Assembly: GCA_046861385.1 (NCBI GenBank)
Contig: JBHHTW010000007.1
Span: 1 to 64,000, forward strand
Source of the DNA: Fidelibacterota bacterium
GTDB lineage: Bacteria; Fidelibacterota; Marinisomatia; Marinisomatales; TCS55
Direction of reading: 5' to 3'
Length of the DNA: 64,000 nucleotides
Below, in pieces: positions 48,946-58,340 of the stretch. The translations under genes were made by a program, and so were the position numbers. Position 1 is the stretch's first letter. The number at the start of each line of letters is the position of its first letter. Under the pieces are notes generated by a model. The model did no database searches, had not been told where the DNA came from, and saw only the letters and a list, made by a program, of their open reading frames with translations.

Positions 48946-50718
48946 ATGAATAAACTTTTGTTTCAACTGGCCACACTTTCTTTTCTTTTAGGTCAGAGTA
49001 CAGCTACAATTGACAATAGTGAAATTACAGCAGAAGAGATAAGCGATCATATACGCTTTTTATCATCCGATCGATTAAAAGGGCGTTATCCCGGTACGCC
49101 TGGTTCTAATACCGCTCTTCGGTATATTGAAAAAAATTGGAGAAAATTAGGCCTATTACCGAAGGGGGAGCGGGGGTTTAAACAAATTTTTCAGTTTTCA
49201 GATGATATTTCCTTGTTCGGATCCAATCGTTTGAGGATAAATGAAACAAAAGAAACTTTTCGAGTGGAAGTAGATTTTATTCCTCTTGGGTTTTCTGGAA
49301 CAGGAAAATATAACGCTCCGGTTGTTTTTGTTGGTTATGGATTTAGCGTGAAGGACAGTGTCTCCTGGAACGATTATGATTTAATTGATGTTTCCGGTAA
49401 GTGGGTAATGATGTTTAGAGGTGGTCCCGATGGAAGCGGAAGACATTCCAAATATTCTGAATACATACCCTTACGGAAAAAATATATGTCCGCCAGGGAT
49501 AATGGCGCCATTGGTATTTTGTTTGTAAACCGATTTGACGATGAGAACCAAGATGGATTGCTTCCTCTTTCTTTTACACAATCTTCCGGCGGTAAAAAAA
49601 TTGCTGCTTTGCATATTTCTCAATCGCTGGCAGAATTATTGTTACCAGAGGGTGTTTCCCTGATCGATTTACAAGCAAAACTTGATGAGGATAAGGCATC
49701 TGCATCCATATCAACCCCTTATTCTTTATCAGCAAAAATTGGATTAAAAGAAAAAAAAGTTAATGGGGTTAATTTGGTTGGCTATATCCCCGGTGACGGT
49801 TCAACCGACGAAGTAATTATCATTGGCGGCCATAGAGACCATCTTGGTTTTGGCGGTAAAAACAGCGGTTCATTAAGTCCTTATGAGCACGCTGTTCACA
49901 ATGGCGCAGATGACAACGCCTCGGGAATTGCAGGGCTGATAGAGCTTGCCGAAAAATTTTCTGTCCATTCAGACCCTCTTAAGCGGGGTCTTTTGTTCAT
50001 TGCTTTTGATGGAGAAGAGAAAGGGCTTCTTGGATCTAAATACTTTGTAGAAAACCCAACCGTAGATATCACAAACATCGCCGTTATGATTAATATGGAT
50101 ATGATCGGTCGATTGAAAGATTCTTCATTGTCCGTTGGGGGAACCGGAACATCTCCTGCTTTTGAACCAATGCTGGATTCACTACAAAATAAACACCATT
50201 TAAAACTTTCCTACAATCAGGGAGGCTATGGCCCTAGCGATCATAGTAGTTTTTACACAAAAGAGTCTCCTGTCTTGTTTTTCTTCACTGGAGCCCATGA
50301 GGATTATCACAAACCTTCGGACGACTGGGAAAAAATCAATTTTCAAGGCGAAAAACAAATCCTCGATCTTGTGTACGATATGATGGTTGCTCTTTCCAAT
50401 AGAGAGGCTCGACCTCTTTTTACAGAGGCGGGTTCAAAGAACCCCTCTTCCTCTCGACGAAGTTTTAAGGTAACATTTGGTATAATCCCATCTTATACGG
50501 GTACGGGGCCCGGATTTACCATAGACGGGGTTCGTCCCGACGGCCCGGCAGCTAAAGCGGGGATGGTTGGCGGTGATGCTATTATTGAAATCGGGGGCAA
50601 ACCAGTAGAGGATATTTACGATTATATGTATCGTCTTGGAGAGCTCAAACTTGGGCAAACCGTTGAAGTAAAAGTCCGGCGGGGAAGCGAAGCGTTAGTT
50701 TTCTCAGTGACCCTTTGA
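48946..50718 (+). CDS. M28 family peptidase with PA and PDZ domains
   Basis: GGHRDHLG, NGADDNASG, GEEKGLLGS, NMDMIGR, DYHKPSD, C-terminal PDZ. Confidence 0.92.
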   Translation: MNKLLFQLATLSFLLGQSTATIDNSEITAEEISDHIRFLSSDRLKGRYPGTPGSNTALRYIEKNWRKLGLLPKGERGFKQIFQFSDDISLFGSNRLRINETKETFRVEVDFIPLGFSGTGKYNAPVVFVGYGFSVKDSVSWNDYDLIDVSGKWVMMFRGGPDGSGRHSKYSEYIPLRKKYMSARDNGAIGILFVNRFDDENQDGLLPLSFTQSSGGKKIAALHISQSLAELLLPEGVSLIDLQAKLDEDKASASISTPYSLSAKIGLKEKKVNGVNLVGYIPGDGSTDEVIIIGGHRDHLGFGGKNSGSLSPYEHAVHNGADDNASGIAGLIELAEKFSVHSDPLKRGLLFIAFDGEEKGLLGSKYFVENPTVDITNIAVMINMDMIGRLKDSSLSVGGTGTSPAFEPMLDSLQNKHHLKLSYNQGGYGPSDHSSFYTKESPVLFFFTGAHEDYHKPSDDWEKINFQGEKQILDLVYDMMVALSNREARPLFTEAGSKNPSSSRRSFKVTFGIIPSYTGTGPGFTIDGVRPDGPAAKAGMVGGDAIIEIGGKPVEDIYDYMYRLGELKLGQTVEVKVRRGSEALVFSVTL

Positions 50719-51504
50719 TTTAATCGAATCCCGGAGTTCATTGCGGAGCGCTAATACTGCTTTCACGTAATTATCAGAATGGTTATATGAGTAGACAGCT
50801 TTATACACCTTCTCTTGGTTTTCATAATCGTTTGAAGGATAGCCGTTTTTAACTAAATAATTGGCGATACTGGCCATCACGTCGGGCCATTCATAGGCCT
50901 GGCGTACGCCGTCTCCGTCAAAATCAACCGCAAATCGATTAAAACTAGATGGAATAAATTGTCCATAACCAAATGCGCCTGCATAAGAGCCGTAAATACT
51001 GTGAGGAGGAATTGAGTCTTGATAACAATAGTACAAAAATTCTATTAATTCCGTTGTTGCCCAGTTTGCTCTCTTGGGCATTTCTGAAATTTGTGTATAT
51101 AATGAGTTGAAAACTGTAAACTGTTTGTGGTGACTGCCGTAATTACTTTCTATCCCCACAATGCTTAATATTAAAAAGAGGTCAACGCCGTAGCTTTTAG
51201 ATACTTTTACAAGTGTATTCTGTTGTTCTTTATAAAATTCACTGCCTTTGTTTATTCGTGAAGGTTTTACGAATAATTTTTTGTATTCTTCCCATGATTT
51301 GCTTTCGTAGGGTTTTGCAAAGCGCTCGAGGATTTCTTTATGTATCTGGATATTTTCATTGTCTAACGCCCGTTGAAGATATTCCTCCGAAACGCCTTTT
51401 TTCATCGCCCTCTCTTTTATAACATGGTAAACGGAATCTTTAGTTAGTGCATAAGAATTATTGATTAACAATACTGTTAATAATATGAATATGGTTGGGT
51501 GCAT
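50704..51504 (-). CDS. Lytic murein transglycosylase (MltB-like)
   Basis: IVGIESNYG, GSYAGAFGYGQFIPSS, AVDFDGDG, YNHS..YV; start reassigned to ATG 51504. Confidence 0.9.
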   Translation of the reverse strand: MHPTIFILLTVLLINNSYALTKDSVYHVIKERAMKKGVSEEYLQRALDNENIQIHKEILERFAKPYESKSWEEYKKLFVKPSRINKGSEFYKEQQNTLVKVSKSYGVDLFLILSIVGIESNYGSHHKQFTVFNSLYTQISEMPKRANWATTELIEFLYYCYQDSIPPHSIYGSYAGAFGYGQFIPSSFNRFAVDFDGDGVRQAYEWPDVMASIANYLVKNGYPSNDYENQEKVYKAVYSYNHSDNYVKAVLALRNELRDSIKSKGH

Positions 51505-51508
51505 TTTA

Positions 51509-52216
51509 TTAATTTTCCTTTTTAAACTGTAATATCCGATCATCGTTTTTAAAAACGCCGTGCGTATTTTCCGGAAGCAAGGCCGCAATGCGGCACATAA
51601 TTTTTTCTCCAATTTTATCCATGTACTCGTTTTTTGAAATATCGTTTTTTGTGCTTTCTAACGGATAAAAAGGTCTGCCAATTTCAATTCTTACTTTTGG
51701 CCTTACTCCTCTTAACCAGTTATTCCATTCATATTCTAATCCAGAAATTCCAACAGGAAGAATCCGTGTGTTGTTAAGTGTTGATAAATAAATAACCCCT
51801 CGTTTAGCGGGTCTCAATATTTTATCGGTTGTTGTACCTTCCGGGAAAATACCTAATATCTCTTTTTCCTGTAATACTTTTTTAGCCTTCTTGATTGTAG
51901 AGGGGGCAAGTTTTACTCTGTTGGTTGGAATGAAACCATAACACCAAGTTGCCCATTGATAATACCAGGGAATTGGTTGGTCGCTGGCAGCTAAAAATGA
52001 GATTGGCCGTTGTAAAGCATAAACAACAAAAGCCGGATCTACCATACTAAAATGATTAATCGCAACAATGTACGGTCCTTTGTCAGGAATGTGATGGCGT
52101 CCCTTTAGATTAATTTTTGTTAGAATTGACCCTAAAAACAGAGATAAATAGCTCAACACATAACGAAGCCATTTCGGGCCTGGCGAATAACGATCTAGTA
52201 TTGTACGTGCGCTCAT
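51509..52216 (-). CDS. Lysophospholipid acyltransferase (PlsC family)
   Basis: NHFSMVD (HX4D) and IFPEGT motifs. Confidence 0.9.
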   Translation of the reverse strand: MSARTILDRYSPGPKWLRYVLSYLSLFLGSILTKINLKGRHHIPDKGPYIVAINHFSMVDPAFVVYALQRPISFLAASDQPIPWYYQWATWCYGFIPTNRVKLAPSTIKKAKKVLQEKEILGIFPEGTTTDKILRPAKRGVIYLSTLNNTRILPVGISGLEYEWNNWLRGVRPKVRIEIGRPFYPLESTKNDISKNEYMDKIGEKIMCRIAALLPENTHGVFKNDDRILQFKKEN

Positions 52217-52250
52217 TGTGTATTTTCCCTAAAGATACGGGCTTAAAAAT

Positions 52251-52287
52251 AAAATAAAAGGGGATCATAATAATCCCCTTTTATTTT
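52251..52287 (-). terminator. Terminator downstream of ssb
   Basis: AAAATAAAAGGGGAT-loop-ATCCCCTTTTATTTT. Confidence 0.8.
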
Positions 52288-52314
52288 TATCATTATTCGT
52301 ATTCAGATTGTCCG

Positions 52315-52710
52315 TTAAAACGGTAAGTCGTCATCGTCTCCGTTGTTTGCAGGTGGTGTTCCACTACTGTCGCTTTTGCGTCCCAGCATTGTGAACCTAT
52401 CCGCTAATACTTCAGTTGTATAGCGTGTCACGCCATCTTTATCTTCCCAAGATCGTGTACGAATGCGGCCTTCAATATATGCCATCTGGCCTTTTTTCAT
52501 ATACTCATTTGCTGTTTCTGCGGCTTTACCATACAGAACAACTCGGTGCCATTCAGTACGATCTTCATAGTTACCCTCACTGTTTTTCCAGGATTCATTT
52601 GTCGCCATGTTAAAGGTGGACACCGCAACTCCTGACGGAGTAAAACGGCTCTCCGGATCCGCTCCGAGATGTCCAACCAATATTGCTTTATTTACGCTTC
52701 CTTTTTGCAT
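52315..52710 (-). CDS. ssb: Single-stranded DNA-binding protein
   Basis: SVNKAILVGHLG.DPE, TEWHRVV, C-terminal DDDLPF. Confidence 0.96.
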   Translation of the reverse strand: MQKGSVNKAILVGHLGADPESRFTPSGVAVSTFNMATNESWKNSEGNYEDRTEWHRVVLYGKAAETANEYMKKGQMAYIEGRIRTRSWEDKDGVTRYTTEVLADRFTMLGRKSDSSGTPPANNGDDDDLPF

Positions 52711-52811
52711 AATCACTCTCCTTTCGTTTTGTATTATACTTCAAAGCGATACTCTTAACTTCGCGATTTTTACTTCGCGCATTAAATTGTACAGCCAGAA
52801 TTAAATACATG

Positions 52812-53366
52812 TCAAGGTTTTTTTTGCCACGTTCTAAAAACACCAGTAATTTGACCAATGCATTCTTCTTTTTTGGACGTATTAATTTTTGTGATCAGCC
52901 TTGATTTCTTGTTTTTATTCTGTATTATTATTTTTCCTGTAGAACTTTTTGTTGTGTTTGGATTCACAATCAAAATATCTTTTTTAATAATATGATCTTT
53001 CTTCAATTCGTCTGTTTCCATTTTTATTACATAGGAGTGATTATTATGAACGACGTCCGGAGGAACGTCAATATAATTATATGGTTGTAGAAACCAATTA
53101 ATTTTATCCTTTATCCATTCTCCTTTTACGGGTAACCGCTCTGTTGTTGTTTTTAGTTTTTTTGATATTTTTATTGACCTTGCTCTGTTCCAGTCCTGCT
53201 GTATTAATCCTTTTTGCTTTAAAGCTTTTACGTGTTTATAAACTGTCCCTTTCGATTTATACTTTAAGTGCTGCGCAATTTCGTCGAACGTTGGAGACAG
53301 TCCGTTTTTGCTTAAATAAGTTTTAATATACTGAAAAACGGCTTTTTGTTTTAGTGTAATTGCCAT
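52812..53366 (-). CDS. LexA-like repressor lacking autocleavage motifs
   Basis: LexA wHTH (T.KQ..VF.YI......G.SPT..EIA..L...S..TV..H...L..KG.I......ARSI); degenerate S24 domain. Confidence 0.8.
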   Translation of the reverse strand: MAITLKQKAVFQYIKTYLSKNGLSPTFDEIAQHLKYKSKGTVYKHVKALKQKGLIQQDWNRARSIKISKKLKTTTERLPVKGEWIKDKINWFLQPYNYIDVPPDVVHNNHSYVIKMETDELKKDHIIKKDILIVNPNTTKSSTGKIIIQNKNKKSRLITKINTSKKEECIGQITGVFRTWQKKP

Positions 53367-53399
53367 GCAGTACAATTAGCGTAATTGTCTTTAGCCTTA

Positions 53400-54740
53400 T
53401 TAAGCCAAGGAAAAAGTGATGTCTTTTTGAAGCGCCCTAACCAAATGACTTATACGTTTATCTGTTTTGATCTTTTTTTCTATGTTCCGACAGGCGTGAA
53501 GCACCGTTGTATGGTCTCTGCCTCCAAATTGCATTCCTGTATTCATCAGAGACGACCCCATAATTTCCCTGCATAAATAAATCGCTATCTGCCTTGCTTC
53601 TGCAATTTGCATTCTCCTGCTACTTCCAACGATATCTCTTTCTGATATTTTTGTTGCCTCTGATACGCTTCGAATTATATCACCGGCAGTAATATCTGTA
53701 AAAAGACCCCCTCCAATTCTTTCACGAACGACCTTTTTTACTAAATCGAAATCTATTTCACAATTGGTCAAAGATGAATAAGCAAGTAGTCTTATTATGG
53801 TTCCCTCCAACTCTCTTATATTATTTTTTATATGTGTGGCCATAAACTCCACAATATCATAAGGTAGATCCAAACCGCTTTGTTCCGCTTTTTCCATTAA
53901 AATCGCCACTCTTGTTTCATAATCAGGAGGTTGAATATCTACAACAAGCCCGGATTCAAAACGTGACACAAGTCTATCTGTTAACCCTTTCATTTCTTTA
54001 GGTAGTCTGTCCGCTGTCATAACAATTTGCTTTCCCTGTTGATACAAATCATTAAAGGTATGAAAAAACTGCTCTTGGGTTTGTTCTTTATTTTGAAAGA
54101 ACTGAATGTCGTCGATTAACAGCGCTTCTGCGTTTCTATATGATTTTGAAAAAACCTCTGTTTTATTTTTTTGTATCGATGAAATAAAATCAAGTGTAAA
54201 TCTTTCACTTGAAGCAACAACAATGTCTGCATATTCTCTTTCACTTATTATAAAATTTCCTATTGCGTGTAATAGATGCGTTTTTCCCAGACCAACGCCT
54301 CCATATATTAATAGAGGATTGTATGAATGATTTCCTGGCGATCCTGCGACTGAAGTCGCTGCTGCTCTAGCGAATTGATTATTTGTTCCTTCTATGAAAC
54401 TCGCAAAAGTGTATTTACTGTTTAGGTTGTGCTTTTTTACTTTACTCTTACTTTCGGCCGTTCCTGTAATCGGATCAAAATTCTCTAATTTTATATTTTT
54501 ATCGGGTGCTATCGTATATTTTATTGTTATATTATTTTTTGTGAAAGCATTGGCCGCGTGTGAAATTTGATTTTTGTAATGGCTTTCAATCCATTCATAA
54601 AAAAATTGATTTGGTACTTCCAGAACGATTTCGTCTTCTGTAAACCCTATTAGCCCAATTGGCTCTAACCACGTATTAAATGCATGGCTGGGCAGATTTT
54701 CTTTTAAATGGTTTTTTATACTCTTCCAGGTGTTTTCCAC
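53400..54740 (-). CDS. dnaA: Chromosomal replication initiator DnaA
   Basis: YNPLLIYGGVGLGKTHL, LLIDDIQF, QEQFFHTFN, FGGRDHTTV; GTG start. Confidence 0.98.
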   Translation of the reverse strand: MENTWKSIKNHLKENLPSHAFNTWLEPIGLIGFTEDEIVLEVPNQFFYEWIESHYKNQISHAANAFTKNNITIKYTIAPDKNIKLENFDPITGTAESKSKVKKHNLNSKYTFASFIEGTNNQFARAAATSVAGSPGNHSYNPLLIYGGVGLGKTHLLHAIGNFIISEREYADIVVASSERFTLDFISSIQKNKTEVFSKSYRNAEALLIDDIQFFQNKEQTQEQFFHTFNDLYQQGKQIVMTADRLPKEMKGLTDRLVSRFESGLVVDIQPPDYETRVAILMEKAEQSGLDLPYDIVEFMATHIKNNIRELEGTIIRLLAYSSLTNCEIDFDLVKKVVRERIGGGLFTDITAGDIIRSVSEATKISERDIVGSSRRMQIAEARQIAIYLCREIMGSSLMNTGMQFGGRDHTTVLHACRNIEKKIKTDKRISHLVRALQKDITFSLA

Positions 54741-54811
54741 AAGTTTTCCACATTAAGATTAAAGTAAAATTTATGGATTAATATTTTCCCATTTCAAATG
54801 ATATTTCCACA
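54733..54811. promoter_or_regulatory. DnaA box cluster (dnaA autoregulation / candidate oriC)
   Basis: TTTTCCACA at 54733-54741 and 54744-54752 (matches TTWTNCACA); ATTTCCACA at 54803-54811; AT-rich spacer. Confidence 0.7.
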
Positions 54812-54913
54812 ATATAGTAAATAAATATTATAAATGTATTTAAGGATGTATTTCTTTTGCAATTTCTTGTGCTGTTTTTGTACTTTCCCCGGCTAATTTT
54901 GAGGATATAATTA

Positions 54914-55048
54914 ATGAAACGAACTTATCAACCAAGCCGAAGAAAAAGAAAAAATAAACATGGCTTTAGGGCGAGAATGAAAAGCCCCGGCGGTAAACGT
55001 GTTTTAAAAAATCGCAGGAAAAAGGGCAGAAGCGTTCTTTCTGCATAG
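54914..55048 (+). CDS. rpmH: 50S ribosomal protein L34 (absent from ORF track)
   Basis: [52 protein letters not shown]. Confidence 0.97.
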   Translation: MKRTYQPSRRKRKNKHGFRARMKSPGGKRVLKNRRKKGRSVLSA

Positions 55049-55302
55049 TGGCGGAAATTTTGAAAAAGGTTATACATTACATTGATCTGGCTTTTTCCTG
55101 GGTTTTAGTGCTTATTATCACTATGTATAGAGCAATATTATCTCCGCTCTTTGGTAACAGATGCCGGTTTCATCCAACCTGCTCAGCATACGCAATAGAA
55201 GCGCTTAAAACAAAAAATCTTTTTAACGCGCTCTTTCTTATAACAAAACGTTTAACAAAATGCCATCCTTTTCATCGTGGTGGTTTTGACCCTGTTAAAT
55301 AA
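55048..55302 (+). CDS. yidD: Membrane protein insertion efficiency factor YidD
   Basis: Y..ILSP....CRFHPTCS.Y..EA...CHPF..GGFDPV. Confidence 0.93.
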   Translation: MAEILKKVIHYIDLAFSWVLVLIITMYRAILSPLFGNRCRFHPTCSAYAIEALKTKNLFNALFLITKRLTKCHPFHRGGFDPVK

Positions 55303-55314
55303 CTGTAGGTCATC

Positions 55315-56982
55315 GTGAACCAAAAAACTCTTTTTGCCTTTTTAATAATCGCTGTCATCATTTTACTGACACCGGCTTATTATAACATAATATACCCTCC
55401 AGCAGAAAACAACCCCGCCGATAGTCTTAATACTGTTTTCAAGCCCGCGGTTTCACCTGATGTCGGGTCCCAGATTCTGCCTGCTTTAGTAAATACAAAA
55501 ACAGTACAAAAAGACAGCATCAAGTACAACGAGGAAAAATACAACATTGAAACAGATTTGTATATCGCTGAGATTAGTTCGAAAAATGGCGGTTCAATCA
55601 CTTCTTTTCTACTAAAAAATTATCCTGGTAACCAGAAAGAATTTGTTCAACTTATTAATAATCACAACAAAGACAATCTCTTGTTGTCATATAAAAGCGT
55701 TGATGGTGAAACCGTTATTTTGTCCGGGGCGTGGGAGCCTGTAAATAATTTTTCACCAAGACAAATTAACTCAGAACATGTGCTCTCGTTTCAAAAAGCT
55801 ACACCGCATGGCTATGTTTATAAAACTTTGACGTTCTATCCGGATAGATATATTATTAATGTTAATACAAATTTAATAAACCATCTTCCATATATTTCTC
55901 AAGGCATATTTGAAATTTCATGGGATGGAGGATTGCCTTTAACTGAAAAAAACAAGAAGGATGATTTAAATTATTTCGACGCTTACTTATATACGGGCGA
56001 AGAATTGATTAGTCCAGATATATCGGATAAAGAAAACAAAAAAAATGATCATATTAAAGGAGAAACTCTTTGGGCTGCTCTCCGGACAAAATACTTTTTA
56101 AGCGCTCTAATTCCAGACATCGCTGGTTTGGGAGGAATAACGTCTGGTTATTTGGTCAATGAAAATGAGAAAGTTTTCAACATCTCTCTTTCTTTATCTG
56201 CTGCCCAAAATAAAAACACCTCTCTTTATCTTGGGCCTCTTGAATATCGGCGAATTAAAGCAATCGGTTTCAATCTTGAGTCTATCATGAATTTCGGCTG
56301 GTCCTTTATTCGGCCGATTGCAAAAGGCGTTCATTACCTGTTAACAAAAATGAACACTGTGATTCCGAACTATGGCGTTATTCTGATCATCTTCTCTGTT
56401 CTCATAAAAATAATAGTATATCCTTTAACTAAAAAGAGCTTTGAATCCACCCAAAAAATGCAGGCGATTCAACCTCAATTAAATATATTAAAAGAAAAAT
56501 ACAAAAACGATCAGCAAAAAATGAGCCAGGCTCAAATGGCTTTATTCAAAGAACATGGTGTAAATCCCCTTGGTGGCTGTTTACCCATTCTTTTACAAAT
56601 GCCCCTATTGCTTTCTCTCTTTCAAGTTTTTAGGTCAACAATTGAACTTAGAGGCGCGCCTTTTGTTTTATGGATATCAGACCTATCGGCTCCAGATACA
56701 ATCATCAATTTGCCTTTTTCAATTCCCGTTTACGGAGACCATATTGCTGTGCTTCCAATCCTAATGGGCGTCACAATGTTTATACAACAAAAAATGATGC
56801 CAACCCAAGCCGGGGGTCAACAAAAAATTATGTCTTATTTCATGACAGGCTTTTTTACTCTATTATTTAATAATTTTCCTTCAGGTTTAAATCTCTATTA
56901 TACGCTTTTTAACGTATTAACAATTTTACAACAAAAATTTCTTACACCACACCCGCACACCGATACAATTAAAAAACAATGA
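55315..56982 (+). CDS. yidC: Membrane protein insertase YidC
   Basis: NYGV.LI, NPLGGCLPILLQMP, LWISDLSAPD, FPSGLNLYY. Confidence 0.95.
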   Translation: MNQKTLFAFLIIAVIILLTPAYYNIIYPPAENNPADSLNTVFKPAVSPDVGSQILPALVNTKTVQKDSIKYNEEKYNIETDLYIAEISSKNGGSITSFLLKNYPGNQKEFVQLINNHNKDNLLLSYKSVDGETVILSGAWEPVNNFSPRQINSEHVLSFQKATPHGYVYKTLTFYPDRYIINVNTNLINHLPYISQGIFEISWDGGLPLTEKNKKDDLNYFDAYLYTGEELISPDISDKENKKNDHIKGETLWAALRTKYFLSALIPDIAGLGGITSGYLVNENEKVFNISLSLSAAQNKNTSLYLGPLEYRRIKAIGFNLESIMNFGWSFIRPIAKGVHYLLTKMNTVIPNYGVILIIFSVLIKIIVYPLTKKSFESTQKMQAIQPQLNILKEKYKNDQQKMSQAQMALFKEHGVNPLGGCLPILLQMPLLLSLFQVFRSTIELRGAPFVLWISDLSAPDTIINLPFSIPVYGDHIAVLPILMGVTMFIQQKMMPTQAGGQQKIMSYFMTGFFTLLFNNFPSGLNLYYTLFNVLTILQQKFLTPHPHTDTIKKQ

Positions 56983-58325
56983 TTTCTTCTGATACGATCG
57001 TTGCATGTGCAACGCCGTATGGTTTTGGGGGAATAGCGGTTGTTCGCATCAGCGGCGAAAATGCTGTCTGCCTCGCTGAAAAAGTCTGTAATAATAATTC
57101 TCCCTTAAAAAACCGAAAAGCGGCTTTATGCTCACTTTATACTAAAGATGGCGATGTTTTCGATGATGCCATCATAACCGCTTTTCTATCGCCGAATTCC
57201 TACACTGGAGAAAATGTTGCGGAAATTTCTTGCCACGGAAACCCGGCAATCGTTTACAAATTAATAAATATATTAATTGAATACGGAGCCCGAATGGCGG
57301 AGCCCGGAGAATTTACCCGCAGGGCGTTTATTAATGGAAAACTTGATCTTGTCCAAGTAGAAGCTGTCTCTGCGTTAATACATTCAAATAGTGAAAAAAG
57401 CGTTTTTTTAAATCGGCGTATTTTATCTGGATCCCTCTCAAAGAGACTAAATGAAATTAAAACGGACATAATGGAGGCCTTGTCTTTTGTTGAATTTGAA
57501 CTCGACATTTCCGAAGAAGAACTGGTTAACGAACCGATAAAAAAAACCATAAATATTGCCCGGGTTGCTCTAAAAAGATTAAATAAACTTTCCGACTCTT
57601 TCAATGAAGGGCGTTTAATAAACCGTGGAGCCAATATTGTTATAATCGGCAACCCAAACGTCGGGAAATCAACGTTACTTAACGCTTTGCTTGAAGAAAA
57701 CAGAGCGATCGTTAGTGAAGAACCGGGCACGACCCGCGATGTGTTGGACGCTCATCTCATTTATGATGGTATCGGCGTAACGATCACAGATACAGCCGGT
57801 ATTAGAGAGACAGACAACCATATTGAAAAGGAGGGCGTCTCCAGGGCAATAAATAAGGCGAGAGAGGCCGATCTGGTTATTCATGTAATAGATGCGGCGG
57901 ATCGCAAATATTTTGATTTTCCCGTTGACAATACAAAAATTATTAAAGTTTTTAACAAGGCTGATTTATTGACAGTCGCTGATAAAAAAAGACTCTTTGA
58001 ACACAACAATACTTCTATAATCCTTTCCGCTTTTACGGGAGAGGGTATTGTATCTTTAAAAAAAGCAATAAAAGATGCGCTCCACACGTCTAGCCTTTTT
58101 TCTGAAGAAACTTATTTGATAACCCATAGACAACACAATATAACCCAAACCTCCATAAAATCAATAGACCGTGCAATTGATAATCTTAATAAGCCCTTTC
58201 CGCCCCTAGAGCTTGTATCTATTGATTTGCGGGAGGCTTTAACCGCCATCGATCAAATGCTTGGAAAAACAACAAGCGCTGACATTTTAAATAACATCTT
58301 CGGCCAATTCTGTGTAGGGAAATAA
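56979..58325 (+). CDS. mnmE: tRNA modification GTPase MnmE
   Basis: DTIVA.ATP.G.GGIAVVRISG, PNVGKSTL, GTTRD, DTAG, terminal FCVGK. Confidence 0.97.
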   Translation: MISSDTIVACATPYGFGGIAVVRISGENAVCLAEKVCNNNSPLKNRKAALCSLYTKDGDVFDDAIITAFLSPNSYTGENVAEISCHGNPAIVYKLINILIEYGARMAEPGEFTRRAFINGKLDLVQVEAVSALIHSNSEKSVFLNRRILSGSLSKRLNEIKTDIMEALSFVEFELDISEEELVNEPIKKTINIARVALKRLNKLSDSFNEGRLINRGANIVIIGNPNVGKSTLLNALLEENRAIVSEEPGTTRDVLDAHLIYDGIGVTITDTAGIRETDNHIEKEGVSRAINKAREADLVIHVIDAADRKYFDFPVDNTKIIKVFNKADLLTVADKKRLFEHNNTSIILSAFTGEGIVSLKKAIKDALHTSSLFSEETYLITHRQHNITQTSIKSIDRAIDNLNKPFPPLELVSIDLREALTAIDQMLGKTTSADILNNIFGQFCVGK

Positions 58326-58340
58326 GTTTCACGTGAAACA
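58325..58340. promoter_or_regulatory. parS site
   Basis: AGTTTCACGTGAAACA, 15/16 match to TGTTTCACGTGAAACA. Confidence 0.85.
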
